Source of the DNA: an uncultured Burkholderiaceae bacterium | GTDB lineage: Bacteria > Pseudomonadota > Gammaproteobacteria > Burkholderiales > Burkholderiaceae_C | Length of the DNA: 64,000 nt | Assembly: GCA_964439605.1 (NCBI GenBank) | Contig: CAYTPC010000146.1 | Span: 17,602-81,601, forward strand | Reading direction: 5' to 3' | Shown here: positions 19,613 through 31,614 of the stretch, in pieces | Layout: every line of letters starts with the position of its first letter | How positions within the stretch are numbered: position 1 is the first letter of the stretch | Made by a program: the position numbers and the translations under genes | Notes under the pieces: model-generated | Seen by the model: only the letters and a program-made list of their open reading frames with translations | What the model was told of the DNA's origin: nothing | Database searches by the model: none

Positions 19613-19921
19613 TTATCCCTTGAGCGAATCGAGCTCGTCGACGTTGATACTCGCGCGGTTGCGGAACAACAGCACCAGCAATGCCAGACCGATCGCCGAT
19701 TCCGCCGCCGCCACCGTGAGTACGAAGAACACGAACACCTGGCCGTGCATGTCGCCCAAATAATGGGAGAAGGCGACGAAGTTCATGTTGACCGCAAGAA
19801 GATTCAACTCGATGCACATGAGCAGCACGATGAGGTTCTTGCGGTTCAGGAAGATACCGACCGCCGATAGCGAAAACAGCACGGCGCCGAGCGTGAGGTA
19901 ATGGCCCAGAGTCAGTGTCAT
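19613..19921 (-). CDS. nuoK: NADH-quinone oxidoreductase subunit K
   Basis: 102 aa, 3 TM, …[19 protein letters not shown]…[13 protein letters not shown]…. Confidence 0.9.
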   Translation of the reverse strand: MTLTLGHYLTLGAVLFSLSAVGIFLNRKNLIVLLMCIELNLLAVNMNFVAFSHYLGDMHGQVFVFFVLTVAAAESAIGLALLVLLFRNRASINVDELDSLKG

Positions 19922-20571
19922 GCCTGTTTCTCCGTGTTTGCTTGCGCCTGCGCCGCAGGCATGGCCGCGCGCGTCGACTCCATCTTGACCACCGTCATGC
20001 GCTCACTCGCCTTCACGCGAATTTGGTCGGCGGCATCGGCGTATTTCCTGTCTTTGCGCCGGCGCAGAGTCAAGGCAATGGCCGCAATCATCGCAACGAT
20101 GAGGATCGCCGCGGCGATCTCGATCGGGTAGACGTATTCGCTGTACAGCAGCAGCCCCAGCGCCTTTGCATTCGACCCCTGCGAGGCCGCCGTCAGCGCT
20201 GCGTCGGGAGCGGCCGCCGTGGACGTGTGGAATCCCCCGGTCAGCACGTAGGCCATTTCGAGGATGGTAACTACTCCAATCGTCGCGGCCAGGGGGAAGT
20301 GTTTCCAAAACCCCTGACGCAGCTGCTCTATGTTGATGTCGAGCATCATCACGACAAACAGGAACAGCACCATCACCGCGCCCAGATAGACCAGCACCAG
20401 CGTAATGGCCAGGAACTCAGCCTCCAGCAGCAACCAGACGGCCGCCGCCTGGGAGAAGGCCAGCATGAGATAAAGCACCGCATGCACCGGGTTGCGGGCC
20501 GTGATGACTCGAAAGGCTGCAAACACCAGCACCAACGAGAACATGTAGAAAAAACCAGTCTTGATGTCCAT
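19918..20571 (-). CDS. nuoJ: NADH-quinone oxidoreductase subunit J
   Basis: 217-aa membrane ORF with a 4-nt overlap with nuoK. Assigned by position and sequence type. Confidence 0.9.
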   Translation of the reverse strand: MDIKTGFFYMFSLVLVFAAFRVITARNPVHAVLYLMLAFSQAAAVWLLLEAEFLAITLVLVYLGAVMVLFLFVVMMLDINIEQLRQGFWKHFPLAATIGVVTILEMAYVLTGGFHTSTAAAPDAALTAASQGSNAKALGLLLYSEYVYPIEIAAAILIVAMIAAIALTLRRRKDRKYADAADQIRVKASERMTVVKMESTRAAMPAAQAQANTEKQA

Positions 20572-20594
20572 GGGAAATCTCTGTGCTCGCGTGC

Positions 20595-21122
20595 TCAGCG
20601 GTACTTGGCATCCGCTGCCTTGTTGACCGCGATTTCTTTCTCGTAGCGGTCACCCACGGCCAGCAGCATGTCCTTGGTGAAATACAGGTCGCCCTGTTTT
20701 TCGCCGTGATATTCGAAAATGTTCGTCTCGACGATCGAGTCGACCGGACAACTCTCCTCGCAAAAACCACAGAAAATGCACTTGGTCAGGTCAATGTCGT
20801 AGCGCGTCGTGCGGCGCGAACCGTCTGCACGCTGCGCCGACTCGATGGTGATCGCCATCGTGGGGCACACCGCTTCGCACAATTTGCAGGCAATGCAGCG
20901 CTCCTCGCCGTTTTCATAGCGGCGCAGCGCATGCAATCCGCGAAAGCGCGGGCTCAGTGGCGTTTTTTCCTCGGGGTACTGGACGGTAACCTTGCGCCGC
21001 AGCGCATAACGGCCCGTCAGCGCCATGCCCTTGAACAGCTCCACGAGCATGAAGCTCTTGAAAAAGTTCTTGAGCGAAAAGGAAGAAGAGGCACCCGTTG
21101 ACATCTTGCTTGTTCCGCTCAT
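20595..21122 (-). CDS. nuoI: NADH-quinone oxidoreductase subunit I (2x[4Fe-4S] ferredoxin)
   Basis: Motifs [12 protein letters not shown] and [12 protein letters not shown]. The start is set at the ATGA overlap with the nuoH stop (21122); ATG 21104 is equally possible. The track's 263-aa version is an upstream over-extension. Confidence 0.85.
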   Translation of the reverse strand: MSGTSKMSTGASSSFSLKNFFKSFMLVELFKGMALTGRYALRRKVTVQYPEEKTPLSPRFRGLHALRRYENGEERCIACKLCEAVCPTMAITIESAQRADGSRRTTRYDIDLTKCIFCGFCEESCPVDSIVETNIFEYHGEKQGDLYFTKDMLLAVGDRYEKEIAVNKAADAKYR

Positions 21123-22195
21123 TTCCAGATGTTCCATGAGGTCTGCATCCACGCGCCGACCACCAGCAGCCACACCAGCGTGACGGGGATGAAGATCTTC
21201 CAGCCCAAACGCATGAGCTGGTCGTAACGGAAACGCGGGAAGGTGCCGCGAATCCAGATGAACATCGAAACCATGATGCAGGTCTTGATTCCGAGCCAGA
21301 TCCAGCCCGGGATGAAGTCGAGAAATCCCACGGGCGATAACCAGCCGCCAAGGAACATCAGCGCAGCCAGAATCGACACCAGCCACATACTGGTGTACTC
21401 GGCCAGGAAGAAGATCGCGAAGCCCATGCCGGAGTACTCGACCATATGGCCGGCCACGATCTCGGCCTCGCCCTCGACCACGTCAAAGGGATGGCGGTTC
21501 GTTTCAGCCACGCCGGAGATCAGGTAAACGAGAAAGATCGGCAGCAGCGGCAGCCAGTTCCATGACAGAAACCCGAGCCCCATGTCGGCGCCCATGCCGC
21601 GGCCCTGAACCGCGACCACCTCGCCCAGGCTCATGCTGCCCGAGACCATGATCACGACCACGAGGCAGAAACCCATTGCGATTTCGTAGCTCACCATCTG
21701 AGCCGACGCACGCAGCGCGCCGAGGAAGGCGTATTTCGAGTTGGAGGCCCAGCCGGCAATGATGACGCCGTAGACTTCGATCGATGTGATCGCCATGATC
21801 AGCAGCAGGCCCACGTTGACGTTCGCGATGACCGCCTCGGGGCCGAAAGGAATCGCCACCCAGGCAGCCAACGCTGGCGTGATCGCCATGATGGGGCCAA
21901 GACGGAACAGCGCGTTGCTGGCCGCCGAAGGCGTGATCAGTTCCTTGGTCAGCAGCTTGACCGCGTCGGCGATCGGCTGCAGCAAGCCCGACGGACCGAC
22001 CCGGTTGGGGCCATGACGCACTTGAATCCAGCCGAGGAACTTGCGTTCCCACAAGGTCAGGTAGGCCACTAAAAGCAGTAGCGGCACCAGCACGACGGTG
22101 ATTTTGATCAAGGCCCAGACCACCGGCCAACCGCCACTGACCCACCAGGGGGCGGCGCTCAAGGCCAGCCCCCAGTTGTAAATCGCGTCGATCAT
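21119..22195 (-). CDS. nuoH: NADH-quinone oxidoreductase subunit H
   Basis: 358-aa membrane ORF, …[22 protein letters not shown]…. Confidence 0.9.
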   Translation of the reverse strand: MIDAIYNWGLALSAAPWWVSGGWPVVWALIKITVVLVPLLLLVAYLTLWERKFLGWIQVRHGPNRVGPSGLLQPIADAVKLLTKELITPSAASNALFRLGPIMAITPALAAWVAIPFGPEAVIANVNVGLLLIMAITSIEVYGVIIAGWASNSKYAFLGALRASAQMVSYEIAMGFCLVVVIMVSGSMSLGEVVAVQGRGMGADMGLGFLSWNWLPLLPIFLVYLISGVAETNRHPFDVVEGEAEIVAGHMVEYSGMGFAIFFLAEYTSMWLVSILAALMFLGGWLSPVGFLDFIPGWIWLGIKTCIMVSMFIWIRGTFPRFRYDQLMRLGWKIFIPVTLVWLLVVGAWMQTSWNIWK

Positions 22196-24357
22196 TGGGC
22201 CCTCCCGTTCGCCGCGGCACGCGCATCGGCCGTCAGCTGCAGCGCGGTCGCGCGCCGGACCAGGCCATCGAGCTGGTAAATCGACGCCGTAACCGGCGCC
22301 GCGCTTGCAGGCGCCGCCAGCGCCTGATCGATGTCGACCGTCACCGCATTGCTCAGATACTCCGCCGGCACGTGGGTGAGGCCGTCATCCTGGCCGCCGC
22401 GCAATTGCGCTAGCACCTGTGCCGATGAATCGAAATCAAAGCCAAGCAGACCGAACATGTTGCCGAGTACGCGCAACACTTTCCACGCCGGGCGCGTGGC
22501 GCCCAGCGGCTGGACTACCGCGTGAAAGCTCTGCAACCGTCCCTCGGCATTGACGAAGGTACCCGAGGTTTCGCTGAAAGGTGCGATCGGCAGCAGCACG
22601 TCGCTGAACTCAAGATTCGTTTTGAACGGGCTCATGGTCACGACCATCTTCGCTTGCGCCAGCGCCAGCGCGGCCCCCTGTCCTGCCGCGGAGTCGTGAA
22701 CCGGTTCACAGTTGAGCAGCAGCGCGGCCTGCAGGCCGCCCGAAAGCATCTGCCCGGCATTCAGCCCGCCCATTCTGGGCTGGGCGCCTGCAAACTGCCC
22801 GCCCACGGTGTTGGCGGCCTCGCCTAAATATCCAACGCTGGCGCCGGTTTGCGCGCCAATCCAGTTGGCCAAGGCGAGCAACGCATCGGCCTGCGCATGG
22901 TGCGCCGCTGCATTGCCCAGCAGGATTGCCTTGCGTTCGCCGCTGAGCAGCGACTGGGCGAACGCCTTGGCATCATCACCTGGTTCGGCGGCGTTGGTGA
23001 AGGTGAAGGGCAGGGCGCCCCCGGCGCTGCGTGCGATCGCGGTGGCAATTTGCGCAAGCGCGCCGAGCCAGCGGTCGTGTTCCGCGCCGATCACGTTGGC
23101 CAAAGGCATGGCCCAAGCGTCGATGCTCGGCAGCACATTGGCCGAAGTCAGCACGTTGACCTGGCAACCCTTGCGCGCCGCCTGGCGGATACGCTGCGCG
23201 AACAGCGGATGGTCTTTGCGCAGATTCGAACCGACCACCAATACGCGGTCCAGGGTCGACAACGAAGCGATCGAGGTACCGAGCCAGCGCACGCCTTCGA
23301 CCGCACCGAACTGCGCGCGGCGCAGTCGATGGTCGATGTTGTCGCTTTCCAGGCCGCGCATGAACTGTCCGGCCAGATACAGCTCTTCAAGCGTGCTGTG
23401 CGGGCTTGCAAGCAAACCCAGGCTTTGTGCGCCATGGTCAGCCTTGATTTCCGTCAGCCCCTTGGCCACGTAATCGAGCGCAATCTGCCAATCCACCTCG
23501 TGCCATTGGCCGCCTTGCTTGATCATCGGCTGCGTCAGGCGGTCGGCGCTGTTGAGTGCTTCGTAGGAGAAACGATCGCGATCGGCAAGCCAGCATTCGT
23601 TGACTTCTTCATTCTCGAACGGTACGACACGCATCACGCGGTTGTTTTTCACCTGCACGATCAGGTTGGCGCCGGTCGAATCGTGCGGACTGATCGATTT
23701 ACGGCGCGACAGCTCCCAAGTGCGGGCGCTGAAACGGAAAGGCTTGCTGGTCAGCGCGCCAACCGGGCAGATGTCGATCATGTTGCCCGACAGCTCCGAG
23801 TCAACCGTATCACCGGCGACCGTGGTGATCTCGGAGTGCTCGCCGCGGTTGATCATGCCCAGTTCCATGACGCCCGCGATTTCCTGGCCGAAGCGCACGC
23901 AGCGGGTGCAATGGATGCAGCGGCTCATCTCTTCCATGCTGATGAGCGGGCCGGCATTCTTATGCGGTACGACGCGCTTTTCTTCGACGTAACGCGAACT
24001 GGACGTGCCGTAGCCCACCGCGAGATCCTGCAGCTGGCATTCACCGCCCTGGTCACAGACCGGGCAATCCAGCGGGTGATTGATCAGCAGGAACTCCATG
24101 ACCGCCTGCTGCGCCTTGACCGCCTTGTCGCTCTTGGTGTGCACGACCATGCCTTGCGTGACCTGTGTCGCGCATGCGGGCATGGCCTTGGGCGCCTTCT
24201 CGACATCGACCAGGCACATGCGGCAACTGGCGGCGATGCTGAGTTTTTTGTGATAGCAGAAATGCGGAATATAGGTGCCTGCCTTGTCGACCGCATGCAT
24301 GATCATGCTGCCTTCGGCGACTTCAACCTTTTTGCCGTCGAGTTCGATTTCAACCAT
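22192..24357 (-). CDS. nuoG: NADH-quinone oxidoreductase subunit G
   Basis: Start at ATG 24357 ([16 protein letters not shown]…). 2Fe-2S and 4Fe-4S motifs CRMCLVDV and [14 protein letters not shown]. The track ORF extends 82 codons further into nuoF. Confidence 0.9.
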   Translation of the reverse strand: MVEIELDGKKVEVAEGSMIMHAVDKAGTYIPHFCYHKKLSIAASCRMCLVDVEKAPKAMPACATQVTQGMVVHTKSDKAVKAQQAVMEFLLINHPLDCPVCDQGGECQLQDLAVGYGTSSSRYVEEKRVVPHKNAGPLISMEEMSRCIHCTRCVRFGQEIAGVMELGMINRGEHSEITTVAGDTVDSELSGNMIDICPVGALTSKPFRFSARTWELSRRKSISPHDSTGANLIVQVKNNRVMRVVPFENEEVNECWLADRDRFSYEALNSADRLTQPMIKQGGQWHEVDWQIALDYVAKGLTEIKADHGAQSLGLLASPHSTLEELYLAGQFMRGLESDNIDHRLRRAQFGAVEGVRWLGTSIASLSTLDRVLVVGSNLRKDHPLFAQRIRQAARKGCQVNVLTSANVLPSIDAWAMPLANVIGAEHDRWLGALAQIATAIARSAGGALPFTFTNAAEPGDDAKAFAQSLLSGERKAILLGNAAAHHAQADALLALANWIGAQTGASVGYLGEAANTVGGQFAGAQPRMGGLNAGQMLSGGLQAALLLNCEPVHDSAAGQGAALALAQAKMVVTMSPFKTNLEFSDVLLPIAPFSETSGTFVNAEGRLQSFHAVVQPLGATRPAWKVLRVLGNMFGLLGFDFDSSAQVLAQLRGGQDDGLTHVPAEYLSNAVTVDIDQALAAPASAAPVTASIYQLDGLVRRATALQLTADARAAANGRAQ

Positions 24358-24373
24358 ATGACGTTTCTCGGGC

Positions 24374-25717
24374 TCAGACCTTGACGGGCGCTTGCGGGAC
24401 CTTGCCCGGAACCAGCGCCTCGAACTCATGGCGGAAATGCTTGAGCATTCCACGCACCGGCATCGCAGCCGCATCGCCGAGTGCACAGATGGTGCGGCCC
24501 TGGATGTTGCCGGCGATCGAATCGAGCAGGTCCATGTCTCCGGGGCGACCCTGCCCGTTATAGATGCGGTCAAGCACACGCCACAGCCAGCCAGTGCCTT
24601 CACGGCAAGGTGTGCACTGGCCGCAGGACTCGTGCATGTAAAAGTACGACAGGCGCCGCAGCGCTTCCACCATCGACCGGCTGTCGTCCATCACGATCAC
24701 GGCGCCCGAACCGAGCATCGATCCGGCTTTGGCGATGGCATCGTAGTCCATCGTAATGTCCATCATGATCGACGCAGGCAGCACCGGCGAGGACGAGCCG
24801 CCGGGAATCACGGCCTTGAGCTTGCGGCCGTCGCGCACGCCGCCGGCCAGTTCGAGCAGTTTCGAAAACGGCGTGCCCATCGGAATTTCGTAATTGCCGG
24901 GCAGTTCGACGTCGCCGCTGATCGAAAAGATCTTGGTGCCGCCGTTGTTGGGCAGGCCGCATTCAAGGTAGGCCGGACCACCGTTGACGATGATCCACGG
25001 CACCGCGGCGAAGGTTTCTGTATTGTTGATCGTGGTCGGCTTGCCGTACAGCCCGAAGCTGGCCGGAAACGGCGGCTTGTAGCGCGGCTGGCCCTTCTTG
25101 CCTTCGAGTGATTCGAGCAGCCCGGTTTCTTCACCGCAAACGTAGGCGCCGAAACCATGCGACGCGTGCAACTGAAAGCTGAATTCGCTGCTCAGGATGT
25201 TGCCGCCCAAATAGCCGGCGGCGCGTGCCTCGGCAAGGGCTTCCTCGAAACGTTCGTAAACCTGGAAGATCTCGCCGTGAATGTAGTTGTAGCCGACGCT
25301 GATGCCCATGGCGTAGGCGGCGATGGCCATTCCCTCGATCACGATGTGCGGGTTGTAGTAGAGGATGTCGCGATCCTTGCAGGTGCCCGGTTCGCCCTCG
25401 TCAGAATTGCACACCAGATACTTCGACCCCGAAAACTGGCGCGGCATGAAGCTCCACTTCAAGCCGGTCGGGAAGCCCGCGCCGCCACGGCCGCGCAATC
25501 CCGATGCCTTGACTTCGGCGATCACTTGTTCGGGCGTGATGCCTTCGCTGAGAATTTTGCGCAGCGCCTTGTAGCCGCCGCGCGCCTCGTAGTCTTTGAG
25601 CCGCCAGTTGCTGCCATCGAGCCCGGCGTAAATCTGCGGCTTGATGTGGCGGCCGTGAAAGCAGGTCTCGGCGCCAGTGGCCTGAAACTGGGCCAGTACG
25701 CGAGCCGCCGCCGTCAT
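24374..25717 (-). CDS. nuoF: NADH-quinone oxidoreductase subunit F
   Basis: Start 25717 ([11 protein letters not shown]…), ATGA overlap with the nuoE stop. FMN/NADH motifs [13 protein letters not shown] and 4Fe-4S motif [12 protein letters not shown]. Confidence 0.9.
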   Translation of the reverse strand: MTAAARVLAQFQATGAETCFHGRHIKPQIYAGLDGSNWRLKDYEARGGYKALRKILSEGITPEQVIAEVKASGLRGRGGAGFPTGLKWSFMPRQFSGSKYLVCNSDEGEPGTCKDRDILYYNPHIVIEGMAIAAYAMGISVGYNYIHGEIFQVYERFEEALAEARAAGYLGGNILSSEFSFQLHASHGFGAYVCGEETGLLESLEGKKGQPRYKPPFPASFGLYGKPTTINNTETFAAVPWIIVNGGPAYLECGLPNNGGTKIFSISGDVELPGNYEIPMGTPFSKLLELAGGVRDGRKLKAVIPGGSSSPVLPASIMMDITMDYDAIAKAGSMLGSGAVIVMDDSRSMVEALRRLSYFYMHESCGQCTPCREGTGWLWRVLDRIYNGQGRPGDMDLLDSIAGNIQGRTICALGDAAAMPVRGMLKHFRHEFEALVPGKVPQAPVKV

Positions 25718-26247
25718 TTCGCGCCCCCTTCGGCGCTCGCGGTGCGCAAGCCGTCGATGAGCTGATCGAGTTTTTCGCTGTTCATGAAGCTGCACATGAT
25801 GCGGTCATTGACCAGCATCACCGGCGAATCGGCGCAGGCGCCCAGGCATTCGCTTTGCTGGAGTGTGAACAGGCCGTCGGGCGTGGTTTCACCCATTCGG
25901 ATGCCCAGCTTCTCTTCCAGATATTCAAGGGCCGAAACGCCATCGCGCAACAGACACGGCAGATTGGTACAAACGTTCAGCTTGTACTTGCCCACCGGCT
26001 GCTGGTTGAACATGTTGTAGAAGGTCGTGACTTCGTGCACTGCGATCTGCGGCATGCCAAGGTAGGCCGCCACCGCGGCTTCGGCCTCGGGCGCCACGTA
26101 GCCGTATTCCTGCTGCACGATCGCCAGACAGGCGATCACAGCCGACTGCGCCTGGTCAGCGGGAAATTTGGCGACTTCGCGCGCAAAACGGTCCAATACC
26201 GCTTGCGGCAAGCTGGCTGTAGGCAGGGAGTTGAGGTGATCGCTCAT
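25714..26247 (-). CDS. nuoE: NADH-quinone oxidoreductase subunit E
   Basis: 177 aa, thioredoxin-like 2Fe-2S subunit (…CTNLPC…[10 protein letters not shown]…). Confidence 0.9.
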   Translation of the reverse strand: MSDHLNSLPTASLPQAVLDRFAREVAKFPADQAQSAVIACLAIVQQEYGYVAPEAEAAVAAYLGMPQIAVHEVTTFYNMFNQQPVGKYKLNVCTNLPCLLRDGVSALEYLEEKLGIRMGETTPDGLFTLQQSECLGACADSPVMLVNDRIMCSFMNSEKLDQLIDGLRTASAEGGAK

Positions 26248-27497
26248 CGATCGATCTCTCCGAAAACGATGTCTAGGGTGCCGATGATGGCGACCGTATC
26301 GGCCAGCATGTGGCCGCGCGCCAGTTCATCCAGCGCAGCCAGATGCACGAAGCCCGGCGGGCGAATCTTCAGGCGGTAGGGCTTGTTGGCGCCGTCACTG
26401 ACGATATAGATGCCGAACTCGCCCTTGGGATGCTCAATGGCCGCGTAGGCTTCACCCTCGGGCACCCGAAACCCTTCGGTGAAGAGTTTGAAATGGTGAA
26501 TCAGCTCCTCCATGCTGGCCTTCATCTCGGCCCGCGGAGGCGGCGCTATCTTGTGGTTTTCGACGATTACCGGCCCCGGATTCGCACGCAGCCACTCCAC
26601 GCACTGCATGATGATGCGGTTGGATTGGTGCATTTCTTCCATGCGCACCAGGTAGCGGTCGTAGGAGTCGCCCGTTTTGCCGACCGGAATGTCGAAATCC
26701 ATGCGGTCATAAACCTCGTAGGGCTGGCGCTTGCGCAAATCCCACGCAATGCCCGAACCGCGCAGCATCGGCCCGGTCAGCCCGAGGTTAAGCGCACGCT
26801 CGGGCGATACCACGCCAATGTTGACCGTGCGCTGCTTCCAGATGCGATTGTCCGTCAGCAGTGTGTGGTATTCGGCCAGATGCTTCTCGAAACGCTTGCA
26901 GAAATCGGCGATGAAATCGAGCAAGGACCCCTGCCGGTTCTGATTCATGCGCGCAAGCCCCTTTGCGCTCTTGATCTTGCTGTCCTTGTACTGGGGCATC
27001 GTGTCCGGCAGATCGCGATAGACACCGCCCGGGCGGAAGTAGGCCGCATGCATGCGCGCGCCCGAGACCGCCTCGTACATGTCGAACAAGTCCTCGCGCT
27101 CGCGGAAGGTGTAGATCAGCATCGTCGAGCTGCCGCAATCATTGGCGTGCGAACCGAGCCACATCAGGTGGTTCATCAACCGCGTGATCTCGGAGAACAT
27201 CACCCGGATGTATTGGGCACGCAGCGGCACCTCGATGCCCAGCAGCTTTTCGATTGCCAGGCAGTAGGCGTGCTCGTTGCACATCATTGAGACGTAATCG
27301 AGCCGGTCCATATAGGGCAGCGACTGGATGTAGGTCTTGCTCTCAGCCAGTTTCTCGGTGGCGCGGTGCAGCAAGCCGATGTGCGGATCGGCGCGCTCGA
27401 CGACCTCGCCATCGAGTTCGAGCACCAGACGCAGCACACCGTGCGCAGCCGGGTGCTGGGGACCGAGGTTCAGCGTGTAATTCTTGATTTCAGCCAT
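26244..27497 (-). CDS. nuoD: NADH-quinone oxidoreductase subunit D
   Basis: Start 27497 ([24 protein letters not shown]…). Separate from nuoC, so not a fused CD gene. Confidence 0.9.
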   Translation of the reverse strand: MAEIKNYTLNLGPQHPAAHGVLRLVLELDGEVVERADPHIGLLHRATEKLAESKTYIQSLPYMDRLDYVSMMCNEHAYCLAIEKLLGIEVPLRAQYIRVMFSEITRLMNHLMWLGSHANDCGSSTMLIYTFREREDLFDMYEAVSGARMHAAYFRPGGVYRDLPDTMPQYKDSKIKSAKGLARMNQNRQGSLLDFIADFCKRFEKHLAEYHTLLTDNRIWKQRTVNIGVVSPERALNLGLTGPMLRGSGIAWDLRKRQPYEVYDRMDFDIPVGKTGDSYDRYLVRMEEMHQSNRIIMQCVEWLRANPGPVIVENHKIAPPPRAEMKASMEELIHHFKLFTEGFRVPEGEAYAAIEHPKGEFGIYIVSDGANKPYRLKIRPPGFVHLAALDELARGHMLADTVAIIGTLDIVFGEIDR

Positions 27498-27525
27498 GGT
27501 CGGGCACGAATTCGTCCGCGGACGA

Positions 27526-28134
27526 TCAGTGCAGGCCTCCGTAGTTGTCTTCACGGATGATCCGCGGCGTAATCTCGCGCGGCTCAATGCTTACCGGCTG
27601 GTAGACCACGCGCTGGAACTCGGCGTCGTAGCGCATTTCGACATGGCCCGAGAGCGGAAAATCCTTGCGGAACGGATGCCCGATGAAGCCGTAGTCGGTG
27701 AGAATGCGCCGAAGGTCGGGGTGCCCCTCGAACACGATGCCATAGAGATCGAAGGCCTCGCGCTCGAACCAGTTGGCCGAATTCCACAAGGAATTGACCG
27801 AAGGCAGCACGGGCAAGTCGTCGTCGGGGCAGAAGGCCTTGACGCGCACGCGCTGATTCAGGCTGACCGACAGAAGATGCGATACGACGCAGAAACGCCG
27901 CCCCTCCCATACCTTGTCGCGATAGTTCGAGTAGTCAACACCACACAGGTCGATGAGCTGCTCGAAGCGGCACTCGGATGCATCGCGCAGCATCTGCATG
28001 GCCGGCAGATAATTGCCGGCCTCGACTGTGACCGTCACCTCGCCCAGCGCGAGAGAAACGAGCTTGGCGCGCTTTCCGAGCGCACGGGAAATGTTGTCCT
28101 TGAGGACCTGCGGATCAATGGCAACCGTATTCAT
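27526..28134 (-). CDS. nuoC: NADH-quinone oxidoreductase subunit C
   Basis: Start 28134 ([14 protein letters not shown]…). …[28 protein letters not shown]…. Confidence 0.9.
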   Translation of the reverse strand: MNTVAIDPQVLKDNISRALGKRAKLVSLALGEVTVTVEAGNYLPAMQMLRDASECRFEQLIDLCGVDYSNYRDKVWEGRRFCVVSHLLSVSLNQRVRVKAFCPDDDLPVLPSVNSLWNSANWFEREAFDLYGIVFEGHPDLRRILTDYGFIGHPFRKDFPLSGHVEMRYDAEFQRVVYQPVSIEPREITPRIIREDNYGGLH

Positions 28135-28141
28135 GGCGTTC

Positions 28142-28630
28142 TCAGGCACGGGCGATGGTGTTGGTACGGCGCACCTTCTGCTGCAACTGGATGATCCCGT
28201 AGAGCAGTGCCTCGGCAGTAGGCGGACATCCCGGCACATAAACGTCGACCGGCACGATGCGGTCGCAGCCGCGCACCACCGAATAACTGTAGTGATAGTA
28301 GCCGCCGCCGTTGGCGCACGAGCCCATCGAGATCACCCAGCGCGGCTCTGCCATCTGGTCATAAACCTTGCGCAGCGCGGGCGCCATCTTGTTGGACAGC
28401 GTGCCCGCGACGATCATCAGATCCGACTGGCGCGGGCTTGCGCGAAACACCTCGGCGCCGAAACGGGCGATGTCGTAACGCGCGGCGGCCGCGTGCATCA
28501 TCTCCACCGCGCAACATGCCAGCCCGAAGGTCACAGGCCACAACGAACCGGTTTTGGCCCAGTTCGACACCGCGTCGTACGACGTAGTGAAGATGCCTTC
28601 CTTGAATACACCCTCAATGGCCATGGCCAC
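28142..28630 (-). CDS. nuoB: NADH-quinone oxidoreductase subunit B
   Basis: 162 aa, …[17 protein letters not shown]…GCPPTAEAL…. Confidence 0.9.
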   Translation of the reverse strand: MAMAIEGVFKEGIFTTSYDAVSNWAKTGSLWPVTFGLACCAVEMMHAAAARYDIARFGAEVFRASPRQSDLMIVAGTLSNKMAPALRKVYDQMAEPRWVISMGSCANGGGYYHYSYSVVRGCDRIVPVDVYVPGCPPTAEALLYGIIQLQQKVRRTNTIARA

Positions 28631-28650
28631 GCCCTCTCAGCGAATTGCGA

Positions 28651-29010
28651 TTATTCCCAGTCAAGTGCACCCTTTTTCCATTCGTAGATGAAACCCACCA
28701 CCAGGACCGCCAGGAACACCACCGCTGTCCAGAAGCCAAGCGCCCCCACGTCCTTGAGCGCCACGGCCCACGGAAACAGGAAAGCGATTTCGAGGTCGAA
28801 AAGAATGAAGAGGATGGCAACGAGGTAGTAGCGCACGTCGAACTTCATGCGCGCGTCCTCGAAAGCGTCAAAGCCGCATTCGTAGGCTGAGTTCTTTGCG
28901 GCATCGGGCCGATTGGGGCCTAGGTAATAGCCGAGAACCTGCGGTATGACGCCTATAGCGATCCCGACCAGAATGAACAGCAAGACGGGGAGGTAGGAAT
29001 CGAGGTTCAT
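28651..29010 (-). CDS. nuoA: NADH-quinone oxidoreductase subunit A
   Basis: 119 aa, 3 TM, …[32 protein letters not shown]…. Confidence 0.9.
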   Translation of the reverse strand: MNLDSYLPVLLFILVGIAIGVIPQVLGYYLGPNRPDAAKNSAYECGFDAFEDARMKFDVRYYLVAILFILFDLEIAFLFPWAVALKDVGALGFWTAVVFLAVLVVGFIYEWKKGALDWE

Positions 29011-29033
29011 CGAGATTGCTTGAGCCGCTTAAC

Positions 29034-29057
29034 GCCGGCAGAACTGCTTCTGCCGGC
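29034..29057 (-). terminator. 10-bp stem-loop between tRNA-Leu and nuoA; possible weak terminator or processing hairpin
   Basis: gccggcagaa-ctgc-ttctgccggc. There is no clear U-tract after it on the minus strand, so a terminator function is doubtful. Confidence 0.3.
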
Positions 29058-29063
29058 GAGATT

Positions 29064-29148
29064 TGGTGCCGTCGGCGAGACTCGAACTCGCACAGCTTTC
29101 GCCACTACCCCCTCAAGATAGCGTGTCTACCAATTTCACCACGACGGC
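29064..29148 (-). tRNA. leuU: tRNA-Leu (anticodon GAG)
   Basis: The reverse complement is GCCGTCGTGGTGAAATTGGTAGACACGCTATCTTGAGGGGGTAGTGGCGAAAGCTGTGCGAGTTCGAGTCTCGCCGACGGCACCA. Acceptor stem GCCGTCG/CGACGGC, anticodon stem CTATC/GGTAG with loop TTGAGGG, long variable arm, encoded CCA. It lies immediately downstream of secG, as with E. coli secG-leuU. Confidence 0.95.
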
Positions 29149-29268
29149 GGCTTACTTTTTTTGCCCGGCTGGCATGAGGAACCCAAGAGGGTTGTTGGCT
29201 TGCCGGGCAACTTCGAAGTTTACTCTGAAAAGTGACCGTTTCGATCGACAACAACGTAACGATTGCTG

Positions 29269-29718
29269 CTATTTGGCCGGGATTTGCGCCGCGCCCGGGG
29301 CTGGTGCAGACGAATCCGCAGCCGGAGCGCCCGGTTGCGCCGCTGGCGCGGTGTCCCCAGGGATTTGCGCTGCGCCGCCCGCGGCAGGCGCAGGTTGCGC
29401 CGGCGCTGCAGCCGGTTCCGGTGCCGGTGCGGTAGCAGCCGCCCGTTCCAGCAGACTGTCGCCGCCTCCGGACTGCGGCCGCGAATGACCCAGGTAAGCC
29501 AGCCCCAGCGTGCATCCGAAAAACACCACAGCGAGCACAGCCGTGGTGCGCGAAAGAAAGTTGGCGCTGCCGCTCGCGCCGAACAAACTGCCGGCGCTCC
29601 CGCTGCCAAAGGCCGCTCCCATGTCAGCGCCTTTGCCGTGCTGGACCAGGATCAGGCCGATCATGCCCAGCGCGGACAGCATCTGGACAGCGATCAGTAG
29701 ATTGAAAAATGCATTCAT
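29269..29718 (-). CDS. secG: Preprotein translocase subunit SecG with a long Ala/Pro-rich C-terminal tail
   Basis: MNAFFNLLIAVQMLSALGMIGLILVQHGKGADMGAAFGSGSAGSLFGASGSANFLSRTT…, followed by ~70 aa of low-complexity A/P/G/Q sequence. Confidence 0.85.
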   Translation of the reverse strand: MNAFFNLLIAVQMLSALGMIGLILVQHGKGADMGAAFGSGSAGSLFGASGSANFLSRTTAVLAVVFFGCTLGLAYLGHSRPQSGGGDSLLERAAATAPAPEPAAAPAQPAPAAGGAAQIPGDTAPAAQPGAPAADSSAPAPGAAQIPAK

Positions 29719-29760
29719 GGGTTCTTGCTCCGAGTCTTTTCGTCCGCGCCGTACTTTGTT

Positions 29761-30510
29761 TCAGCACGCGGCGATGATGATTTGCAGGAAATCCGGCGCC
29801 TTCAGCGATGCGCCGCCAATCAGGCCGCCATCGATGTCAGGTTGCGCCAGGAGTTGTGCCGCATTGGCTGCGTTCATGCTGCCGCCGTACACGATACGAA
29901 TGTTTGCCGCACGATCAGCCGCCACATGGTGCAACTGCGCGCGCAGGGTCGCGTGCACCGCCTGTGCCTGGTCGGGCGTCGCGGTCTTGCCGGTACCGAT
30001 GGCCCACACCGGCTCGTAAGCGACCACGATTTCGCCGATGCGATCGCCGGTCGCGCCAATCACCGCGGCCAGTTGCCGCCGGACGACTTCTTCGGTCTGC
30101 CCGGCCTCGCGCTGCGCCAGCGTCTCGCCTACACAGACGATCGGCGTGATGCCCTGCGACAGCGCGGCCACCGCCTTGGCTGCGACCGTTTCATCGCTTT
30201 CCGCGTGGTACTGGCGGCGCTCGGAATGGCCGACGATCGCATAGCGCACGCCGAACTCCCTGAGCATCGCCGCCGACTGTTCGCCGGTAAATGCGCCCTG
30301 CGCCTGCGCGGAAACATCCTGCGCGCCCAGCGCGACGGGGCTGCCGGCAACCAGCAACTGCACCTGCGCAAGGTATGGCGCCGGGACGCATACGGCGACA
30401 TCGCAAGCTGGTGCGCCGATATCGCTCAACAAGGCTGTCACGAGCGACTCATTGGCCTGCAGGCTGCCATTCATCTTCCAGTTGCCAGCAACCAGTTTTC
30501 TTCTGCTCAT
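29761..30510 (-). CDS. tpiA: Triosephosphate isomerase
   Basis: Start ATG 30510 ([16 protein letters not shown]…). Motif [14 protein letters not shown]. Confidence 0.9.
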   Translation of the reverse strand: MSRRKLVAGNWKMNGSLQANESLVTALLSDIGAPACDVAVCVPAPYLAQVQLLVAGSPVALGAQDVSAQAQGAFTGEQSAAMLREFGVRYAIVGHSERRQYHAESDETVAAKAVAALSQGITPIVCVGETLAQREAGQTEEVVRRQLAAVIGATGDRIGEIVVAYEPVWAIGTGKTATPDQAQAVHATLRAQLHHVAADRAANIRIVYGGSMNAANAAQLLAQPDIDGGLIGGASLKAPDFLQIIIAAC

Positions 30511-30530
30511 GCGCGACTCCCGTTCGTTAT

Positions 30531-31529
30531 TTACCACGTCAACACGATCTTGCCGATGTGCTGGTTCGACTCCATCAGCGCATGCGCTTGCGCGGCGCCG
30601 CTGGGTTCCCCGCCCGCTGCAAAGGTGCCGTGGATCACCGCGCGTACCCGTCCCGCTTCGAGCAGCGGCCAGACTTTCTCACGCAATGCGCGCGCGATCT
30701 CCGCCTTGAAGGCCACGGGGCGCGGACGCAGCGTGGAGCCGGTGATCATGAGCCGCCGCCGCAGTACCGCGCCGGCGTTGATCTGGCTCTTGCTGCCGCC
30801 CTGAACCGCGATGATGACCAGGCGGCCGTCATCGGCCAGACAATCGATTTCGCGCGCAAGGTAGTCGCCGGCGACCATGTCGAGGATCACGTCGGCGCCC
30901 TTGTTTTGCGTCAAGCGTTTGACTTCTTGGGCGAAATCGGCCGTCTTGTAGTTGATCGCGTCATCTGCGCCAAGGCGCTTGCACGCCTCGCATTTTTCGT
31001 CACTGCCGGCCGTGACGATTACCTGTGCGCCAAAAGCTTTCGCGAGCTGAATTGCGGTGACGCCGATACCGCTTGATCCGCCTTGCACCAGCAGCGTTTC
31101 GCCAGGCTGCAGGCCGCCGCGATCAAACACGTTGCTCCAGACGGTAAAGACAGTTTCGGGCAGCGTTGCCGCTTCGACATCGCTCCAGCCCTTGGGCACC
31201 GGCAGACATTGCGCCACCGGTGCAACGCATAGCTGCGCATAGCCGCCTCCGGCCACGAGCGCGCAAACGTGGTCGCCGACACGCAGACCGGCCGCCGCCA
31301 TCGCCTGAGCATCGCCTGCGATGATTTCGCCGGCGACCTCCAGACCCGGCAGGTCGGACGCCCCCGGCGGCACCGGATAGTGGCCCATCCGCTGCAGTAC
31401 ATCCGGGCGGTTGACGCCGCTGGCGGCCACGCGAATGAGCAACTCGCCGGCACCCGGCGCCGGCGCCGGGCGTTCGACCTCGCGCAGCACTTCGGGCGGT
31501 CCGTAGGAGGTGATCTCAATGGCTTTCAT
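30531..31529 (-). CDS. NAD(P)H:quinone oxidoreductase (zeta-crystallin/PIG3-type MDR)
   Basis: 332 aa, [15 protein letters not shown]…[33 protein letters not shown]…, with nucleotide-binding segment [15 protein letters not shown]. Confidence 0.8.
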   Translation of the reverse strand: MKAIEITSYGPPEVLREVERPAPAPGAGELLIRVAASGVNRPDVLQRMGHYPVPPGASDLPGLEVAGEIIAGDAQAMAAAGLRVGDHVCALVAGGGYAQLCVAPVAQCLPVPKGWSDVEAATLPETVFTVWSNVFDRGGLQPGETLLVQGGSSGIGVTAIQLAKAFGAQVIVTAGSDEKCEACKRLGADDAINYKTADFAQEVKRLTQNKGADVILDMVAGDYLAREIDCLADDGRLVIIAVQGGSKSQINAGAVLRRRLMITGSTLRPRPVAFKAEIARALREKVWPLLEAGRVRAVIHGTFAAGGEPSGAAQAHALMESNQHIGKIVLTW

Positions 31530-31614
31530 GATTCAGCAGATGCCGCGGCACAAAGCAATGCGCACAATCGAAATGCGTTCTTTCATGCCTCGCGCAACAC
31601 GGGGTACCGCGCAA

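Noticed and set aside
24358-24603. Upstream extensions of several nuo ORFs in the track (nuoG to 24603, nuoF to 25795, nuoD to 27587, nuoC to 28239, nuoI to 21386). Similar extensions occur for hisF (39573), pdxA (45675), folA (57461), mscL (47641) and rpsO (34449).
   Set aside because: The extensions overlap the preceding genes and use the first possible alternative start. Conserved N-termini and ATGA or short-gap junctions identify the internal starts used in the feature list.
29161-29210. ttgcccggc…gccgggcaa inverted repeat downstream of secG, considered as a secG terminator.
   Set aside because: On the minus (coding) strand the hairpin is followed by an A-run, not a U-run, and the loop is 32 nt. 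secG is more likely co-transcribed with the downstream tRNA-Leu, as with E. coli secG-leuU.
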